64,000 bases of DNA from Arenicellales bacterium. Lineage in GTDB: Bacteria; Pseudomonadota; Gammaproteobacteria; Arenicellales; JAJDZL01. Below, one piece after another: positions 58,660 through 64,000 of this stretch. Numbering within the stretch: the stretch's first letter is position 1; the number at the start of each line of letters is the position of its first letter. The stretch is from the NCBI GenBank assembly GCA_965203865.1, contig OZ241916.1:202353-266352 (forward strand), written 5' to 3'. The notes under the pieces are model-generated. The model ran no database searches, was not told the origin of the DNA, and saw nothing but the letters and a program-made list of their open reading frames with translations. Both the position numbers and the translations under genes were made by a program.

Positions 58660-58933
58660 TGCATAGATATCAAGTCAAGAATTTCACAGTATAAAAGTAT
58701 ATGTTAGATTCAAGTTGCTGTTCGTGTACCTTGAATCAATTCAAAGCAATCTATTATAAAAAGTGTCTTCGTACACAAGTAGTTGACCTTGAAAAACTGT
58801 AATTTTTTTGAACGATGGTTTAATTCTCTTGAAGAAAGTGGAGGTCCAAGCAGTCAATCAAATGTGATGTACAATAGCATGAAAAAAAATTGTACGAAAC
58901 TCGAAAAGAACTTCATGGGTTGAATCCATTCAT

Positions 58934-60325
58934 ATGAAAGAAAAACTTTGTAAATTTGTGTTATCTGATATTCGTTGTTTTGAAGGAAAACAGGAATTTA
59001 ATTTGCGGCCTTTGACATTTCTTGTTGGCGAGAATAGCACCGGCAAGTCTACTTTATTGGGTTGTATTCAGATACTTGGTGATTTCTTAGGTTTTAATAA
59101 AATCTTAAGTACATACCATATGGAGAATCTTAACTTCAATCGTGCTCCATATGAAATGGGGGCGTTTGCTGACATTGTGAGAAAAGGAAACAGTAACTCC
59201 ACACAATCAAATAGTTTTCAACTTGGCTTTGAATTTCCGAACGGGAACGAGGAAAATTTGAAAATACTACTTCATATGCGCGAGCGAAAGAATGGTTCTG
59301 AACCTTTTATTAGTACTTTCAGAATAATTTTTCAGGATGTCGAGATTTACTGGAGAGCAGCGGCAAATCGAAAAATTACTCGCCCCAAAGTTGCTAGTAT
59401 GCAACCAAAGGGTAATCGTAAGGTTTTCAAAATTGAAGCATCGAATTGTGGTAGTTTTTTAAGATACTTAGAACTAGGAATATATATAGAAGATTTATCT
59501 CAAAGTGATTCTGACGATAAAAATGAAGACCGTACTGCACTAATAGATGTTCTTAAAAAGAAAGTTTTTAAGAATGAATCTAAAGGAAATTTGGAGCACA
59601 AAGATGGAGTTAGTCATGGAATAATTACCCCGCCACACCACAACTATGAATTCAAGAGTTTTGCACCAATTCGGTCTAAACCCCAGCGAACCTATGACCC
59701 TGTTGCGGAATTTCAAGACCACGAAGGAAATGAAATGGCCAACTTTTTGGTAAATTTGTACCGTTCATATCCTAAGAGGTGGAAAAAACTCAAATCTAGT
59801 TTGGAAGAATTCGGTAAATCTTCTGGATTGTTCAAAGAAATAAATGTGAGAACTTTAAGTGGGTTTGTTAGTGACCCGTTTCAAATACAGTTCAAAGTTC
59901 ACGATGAATCTATAGTCAATCTAATTGATATCGGCTATGGAGTAAGCCAAATTCTTCCGATACTAGTTCGAATTTTTGACAGAGAGACAAATCGCACATT
60001 CCTAATGCAGCAACCTGAGTTGCATCTCCATCCGAGAGCCCAAGCAGAATTTGTCTCTTTGCTTATAACATTGTACAAAGACGTATCTCTCTCATATATC
60101 ATTGAAACTCATAGTGACGCAATGATAAATAGAGCCAGAATTGAAATAATGAAGGGCAATTTATCTCCACAGGATGTTTCACTAATTTATTGTGAACCTA
60201 GTGAAAATGGTGTCAAGGTTCATAATATTGAATTTGACGACCAAGCCAACATGCTATCCGTGCCACAAGGTTTTCGTAACTTTTTTCTAAAAGAGTCAAA
60301 CCGACTTCTTGGAATGGAGGATTAA
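58934..60325 (+). CDS. AAA_15/AAA_21-type ATPase with DUF3696-like C-terminus
   Basis: Walker A VGENSTGKSTLLG, IRSKPQRTYDP, Walker B region LMQQPELHLHPRAQ and IIETHSD. Confidence 0.75.
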   Translation: MKEKLCKFVLSDIRCFEGKQEFNLRPLTFLVGENSTGKSTLLGCIQILGDFLGFNKILSTYHMENLNFNRAPYEMGAFADIVRKGNSNSTQSNSFQLGFEFPNGNEENLKILLHMRERKNGSEPFISTFRIIFQDVEIYWRAAANRKITRPKVASMQPKGNRKVFKIEASNCGSFLRYLELGIYIEDLSQSDSDDKNEDRTALIDVLKKKVFKNESKGNLEHKDGVSHGIITPPHHNYEFKSFAPIRSKPQRTYDPVAEFQDHEGNEMANFLVNLYRSYPKRWKKLKSSLEEFGKSSGLFKEINVRTLSGFVSDPFQIQFKVHDESIVNLIDIGYGVSQILPILVRIFDRETNRTFLMQQPELHLHPRAQAEFVSLLITLYKDVSLSYIIETHSDAMINRARIEIMKGNLSPQDVSLIYCEPSENGVKVHNIEFDDQANMLSVPQGFRNFFLKESNRLLGMED

Positions 60326-60328
60326 TCC

Positions 60329-60760
60329 ATGTGTGTCATCATTGATGTAAACATGTATGATGACTATCTCAGGAATAAACACCTAAAACCATTGAAAGAT
60401 TGGATAGAAAGTGGTTCGAGCAAGATAGCATATTCGTCATATGAAAAATTCGATAGAGAGCTAAGAAATCATTCCGAAATGCATACGCAAATTAATACTT
60501 ATCGTGAGATTGGATTACTAAAAGTTGTCAATAAAAAGGATGTTGCCAGTAAAGTAAGGGAATTGGAGAGTGTACAACTGAAATCAGATGACGCTCATAT
60601 ATTAGCACTAGCACTAGCAGGTAATATTCGATTGTTAACTACAAAAGATGGACGTTTACAACAGGATTTTAAAGAGTTGATAGGTAAGGGAAAACTTAAA
60701 GGCAAGGTATACCAATACAGTAATCATACTCACCTATTAACGCAAAACAGGTGTCCTTAA
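60329..60760 (+). CDS. small PIN-like domain protein
   Basis: VIIDVN at the N-terminus and SDDAHILALALAGNIRLLTTKDGRLQQDF, which resembles the PIN acidic-residue pattern. Starts 3 nt after the ATPase stop. Confidence 0.55.
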   Translation: MCVIIDVNMYDDYLRNKHLKPLKDWIESGSSKIAYSSYEKFDRELRNHSEMHTQINTYREIGLLKVVNKKDVASKVRELESVQLKSDDAHILALALAGNIRLLTTKDGRLQQDFKELIGKGKLKGKVYQYSNHTHLLTQNRCP

Positions 60761-60930
60761 TAACAAATGCAAACATAGTTGAAATTTTCATATATGTCTT
60801 GACACCTTATTTGAGAACTTTAGAAAGAATCTGCTTCCCATCGTAATTTAATATACATCACGAATACGGCATGCCTCATTGTTGCCTGCTGAATATAGTG
60901 AGCAATTGAAGGAAAAAAACAAGCTTGAAG

Positions 60931-62016
60931 ATGAATAAGGCACAATCATTGTCTGAACACTTCAGGAATGAGGCTTCCTCCGGCACAACTGCTTCAAGCT
61001 ACAAAGATTCAGGGGTGGATATAGAAGCGGCAGACAGGTTCGTTGAGTCAATTGCCCCGCTTGCCAAACGCACTTTCAGAGCCGAGTGCATGGGTACAAT
61101 TGGCGGTTTTGGCGCTTTGTTTGAAGTTCCCGGGGGCTACAAAAATCCTGTGCTGGTTAGCAGCACAGACGGTGTGGGGACAAAACTCAAGATTGCATTT
61201 GAACTGCAACAGCACAATACCATTGGAATTGATCTGGTAGCAATGTGCGTAAATGATATTGTTGTTCATGGGGCAGAACCATTGTATTTTCTGGACTATT
61301 TCGCTACAGGCCGACTGGATGCAGGTGTTGCCCGCGATGTTGTCGAAGGGATTGGCAAGGGTTGTGAAATTTCCGGATGTGCATTAATCGGGGGTGAGAC
61401 TGCAGAAATGCCCGGAATTTACGCTTCGGACGAATATGACTTGGCGGGTTTCGCAGTCGGTATTGTTGAGAAAAAAGGAATTATTGACGGAGCAGACATT
61501 CAATCAGGTGATGTCATAATCGGAATTTCGTCTTCGGGGTTTCATTCCAACGGCTATTCTCTGATTCGGAAAATCCTGCATGACCAGGAAACATCTCTGA
61601 CGCAAAAAGTTGGAAAAAACAGCATTGGAGACTTCTTGATGCAACCAACTACAATTTATGTTCCTGCGTTGCTTGAAATTTTTAAGGAAGTACCAGTTCA
61701 TGGCATGGCTCATATCACTGGCGGTGGCATCCCCGGAAATATCAAACGCGTAGTTCGAGACGGTCTGACTGCACGAATTTTTACTGATTCATGGACTCGG
61801 GAACCGATGTTTACGTGGCTGCAATCTGTTGGAAAAATTCCGGATGACGAAATGCTGGCTACCTTTAATTGCGGGATTGGATTCGTGGTTGTAGTTCCGC
61901 AAGATAGCGAGCAAGCAGTTAAAGCCAAGCTTGAAGCGCACGAGTTGAACGCTTTCACCATTGGTGAAATAATTAAAGCAGAAACAACGAACAGAGTTGA
62001 ATTGATCCATGAGTAA
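60931..62016 (+). CDS. purM: phosphoribosylformylglycinamidine cyclo-ligase
   Basis: STDGVGTKL and the GGETAEMPG motif. Confidence 0.9.
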   Translation: MNKAQSLSEHFRNEASSGTTASSYKDSGVDIEAADRFVESIAPLAKRTFRAECMGTIGGFGALFEVPGGYKNPVLVSSTDGVGTKLKIAFELQQHNTIGIDLVAMCVNDIVVHGAEPLYFLDYFATGRLDAGVARDVVEGIGKGCEISGCALIGGETAEMPGIYASDEYDLAGFAVGIVEKKGIIDGADIQSGDVIIGISSSGFHSNGYSLIRKILHDQETSLTQKVGKNSIGDFLMQPTTIYVPALLEIFKEVPVHGMAHITGGGIPGNIKRVVRDGLTARIFTDSWTREPMFTWLQSVGKIPDDEMLATFNCGIGFVVVVPQDSEQAVKAKLEAHELNAFTIGEIIKAETTNRVELIHE

Positions 62017-62698
62017 CCAGCGCACCAGAATCGTAGTTCTCGCATCCGGAAAGGGTTCGAATCTGCAAGCTATTATTGACCAGATTAAAACAGGCAGTTT
62101 GAATGTCGAAATAGTGGCAGTTGTAAGTGATGTTGAAGATGCTTTTGCGCTGTCCAGAGCAGAAAAGGAAAAAATCCCCCGGGAATTTGTCAACCCAAAA
62201 AGATTTCCAGACAAGCAAGCCTACGACGACGAGCTAGTCAGAATTGTCAGGCACTATCGGCCTCACTTGGTTGTACTGGCAGGGTTTATGCGTATTTTGA
62301 CTAAAAGTTTTGTTGACCAGTTCGAATCAAGAATCATGAACATTCATCCGTCCTTGCTTCCAAAATACAAGGGGCTGAATACGCATCAACGCGTACTGAA
62401 TGCCAATGAAAAGTTCCACGGGGCAACTGTTCACTTCGTTGTGCCAGAACTTGATGCCGGCCCTGTAATTGTACAGGCCGAAGTGGAAGTCAAGTCCGGC
62501 GACACCAGCCTGAGTTTGCAAAATCGAGTGCATTCTTGCGAGCATGTAATCTATCCGCTGGCAATTCAGTGGTATTCTGAAAACAGACTGAAAATCTTTG
62601 ATGGAAAAGTTTTATTGGATGGCGAAGAGTCGCCAGGTCAATTTATCCGATGTCATTCAAACGGAAATTCCTGTGGAAATTGCTGTCAGATGTCTTAG
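62009..62698 (+). CDS. purN: phosphoribosylglycinamide formyltransferase
   Basis: VVLASGKGSNLQAI and NIHPSLLPKYKGL motifs. Overlaps the purM stop by 8 nt. The C-terminal roughly 20 aa is atypical. Confidence 0.9.
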   Translation: MSNQRTRIVVLASGKGSNLQAIIDQIKTGSLNVEIVAVVSDVEDAFALSRAEKEKIPREFVNPKRFPDKQAYDDELVRIVRHYRPHLVVLAGFMRILTKSFVDQFESRIMNIHPSLLPKYKGLNTHQRVLNANEKFHGATVHFVVPELDAGPVIVQAEVEVKSGDTSLSLQNRVHSCEHVIYPLAIQWYSENRLKIFDGKVLLDGEESPGQFIRCHSNGNSCGNCCQMS

Positions 62699-62708
62699 TC
62701 TTCGCACA

Positions 62709-63410
62709 GTGCCCTTGCTGGCTATCTGTGCATTTCTGGCCACGCTAACCATTTTTACTGTTCGCGCTAGTGAAGCGCAATCAGAGCTAGAGCTTCGTGT
62801 TGCCTACGAAGTCTTCTATAAAGGCATGTCAGCAGGAAGAAGCTACAGGACGATTGTCCAAAACGGTGACGAGTATAGAGTGGAGAATAAAATTGAACCG
62901 AATTCGCTTGCAGCATTTTTCGGGTCGCAGTCCTACAAGCAAATTTCGGTCTTTGAGTTTAAACAGAAAGAAATTATTCCGAAACGATTTTCAATCGAAA
63001 GTGCCAAGGTGTCAGAATCAATGAGCGGAGAGTTCGATCGGAACAGTGGAATTTTAGCACTTGCTGGCGGTGATATCCTTTCCCTGCCAACGGTCCCATC
63101 CTACGACATTGAATCCTGGTATGCCTCTCTGATTTTGACTCCGTTGAACGAATTGCAGGGTGACTATATTAGTATTATCGAAGACAAGAATTTTCGGAAT
63201 TATGTCTATACCGATCTTCAGCCGGAACAAATTGATACTAGCTTGGGAACAGTGCAAAGTTTGCGAATCACCATGAAGAATGTCAATGACAGTGGTCGTT
63301 GGTTCACCATCTGGGTAGCTCCCGAATTCAACAACATTCCGATACGGATAGTGAAATTCAAAAATAAAAAACCCAATTTGACATTCGAGATCCTTGACTT
63401 TGCTGTTTAA
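62709..63410 (+). CDS. DUF3108 domain protein (secreted)
   Basis: Signal-like PLLAICAFLATLTIFTVRASEA after GTG 62709, and a beta-rich body in the usual position downstream of purN. The ORF track start 62598 would overlap purN by 100 nt. Confidence 0.6.
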   Translation: MPLLAICAFLATLTIFTVRASEAQSELELRVAYEVFYKGMSAGRSYRTIVQNGDEYRVENKIEPNSLAAFFGSQSYKQISVFEFKQKEIIPKRFSIESAKVSESMSGEFDRNSGILALAGGDILSLPTVPSYDIESWYASLILTPLNELQGDYISIIEDKNFRNYVYTDLQPEQIDTSLGTVQSLRITMKNVNDSGRWFTIWVAPEFNNIPIRIVKFKNKKPNLTFEILDFAV

Positions 63411-63477
63411 ACCAGTTTTCGCAATAAAAAAACTGGTCTAAATTTTGCAATTCGGCATTTCACTAACCGAATTCCTG

Positions 63478-64000
63478 TCAACTTTCCAGTTTCTCCTCAG
63501 CCGAGTCGAATTTCAAGTCAAGTGAATCGCCTTTAACTACAACGTGAAGCTTGCCGCCATTCACCAATTTTCCGAAAAGAACTTCATCCGCAAGCTTTTT
63601 CTTGATATTTTCTTGAATCACCCGCTCCATGGGACGCGCCCCCATCGTGCTGTCAAATCCTTTTTCTGCAAGCCACTCCCGTGCTTTCTTGCTTACCGTG
63701 AACTCTACTCCCTTATCTGCCAACTGTTGTTCCAGTTCCATTAAAAATTTGTCAACAACAAGCAGTATGGTATCCATCTCCAACGCCTTGAAGCGTATAA
63801 TCGCGTCAATTCGATTCCGAAATTCAGGGCTAAACCTGCGTTGAATCGCCGGCATGTCATCAATTGAATGGTCCTGCTCCATGAACCCGATGGAGGATCG
63901 TGAAATTTCAGTTGCTCCTGTATTCGTTGTCATGATGATTACAACATTGCGAAAATCGGTCTTTCGGCCGTTGTTGTCCGTTAATGTACCGTAGTCCATT
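63478..64000 (-). CDS. clpA: ATP-dependent Clp protease ATP-binding subunit ClpA, C-terminal part (5' end outside window)
   Basis: LTDNNGRKTDFRNVVIIMTTN, FRPEFRNRID-like and MGARPM (ClpB_D2-small) segments. The ORF is open to the window edge. Confidence 0.9.
   Translation of the reverse strand, partial: MDYGTLTDNNGRKTDFRNVVIIMTTNTGATEISRSSIGFMEQDHSIDDMPAIQRRFSPEFRNRIDAIIRFKALEMDTILLVVDKFLMELEQQLADKGVEFTVSKKAREWLAEKGFDSTMGARPMERVIQENIKKKLADEVLFGKLVNGGKLHVVVKGDSLDLKFDSAEEKLES

Noticed and set aside
62620-62698. The atypical Cys-rich C-terminal extension of PurN (…FIRCHSNGNSCGNCCQMS) might be a fused metal-binding tail.
   Set aside because: It is more likely read-through into the intergenic or DUF3108 leader region caused by the position of the first in-frame stop. 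It is short and low-complexity, and it overlaps the alternative upstream start of the next gene. There is not enough evidence to call it a feature.

Overview
Chromosomal window from a Gram-negative, proteobacterium-like organism. It is moderately AT-rich, with no rRNA, tRNA or CRISPR array that I could recognise by eye. The housekeeping backbone comprises a class I aldolase fragment, a molybdenum-cofactor cluster (moaD, moaE, moeA, moaC, moeB), a thioredoxin-like protein and a CPA2 antiporter. It continues with a giant NAD-glutamate dehydrogenase, a ProVWX-type betaine ABC transporter, apt, a class III aminotransferase, panB and msrA. The rest of the backbone is an ALS-like ThDP enzyme, an HpaB/AbfD-family enzyme, an OmpR-type two-component pair, HtrA, wrbA, hda, pgsA, purM, purN and the clpA 3' end. 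Several accessory patches interrupt this backbone. (1) 6.6-8.4 kb: an SDH/S49 ClpP-fold protease plus a 65-aa ORF, framed by roughly 0.5 kb direct repeats. (2) 18.7-25 kb: an island with DUF2188, a patatin + SMODS/CD-NTase pair (minimal CBASS-like), an AlbA_2/Schlafen-type ATP-binding protein and a decayed MscS gene preceded by two tandem copies of its N-terminal membrane module. (3) 26-31 kb: two tandem micro-ORF units and three porin genes. Two of the porins are GC-rich and form a large inverted repeat with divergent loop cassettes. (4) 34.9-38 kb: IS1595-like debris and a stand-alone TnpB element, with a second TnpB copy at 52.7-53.9 kb. (5) 41.3-46.1 kb: a fused nuclease-methylase-TRD restriction enzyme split by one in-frame TGA and bracketed by inverted IS1595 remnants. 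(6) 58.9-60.8 kb: an AT-rich two-gene cassette (DUF3696-like AAA ATPase + small PIN-like protein) between pgsA and purM. I consider this last cassette the best candidate for an undescribed defence-type system.
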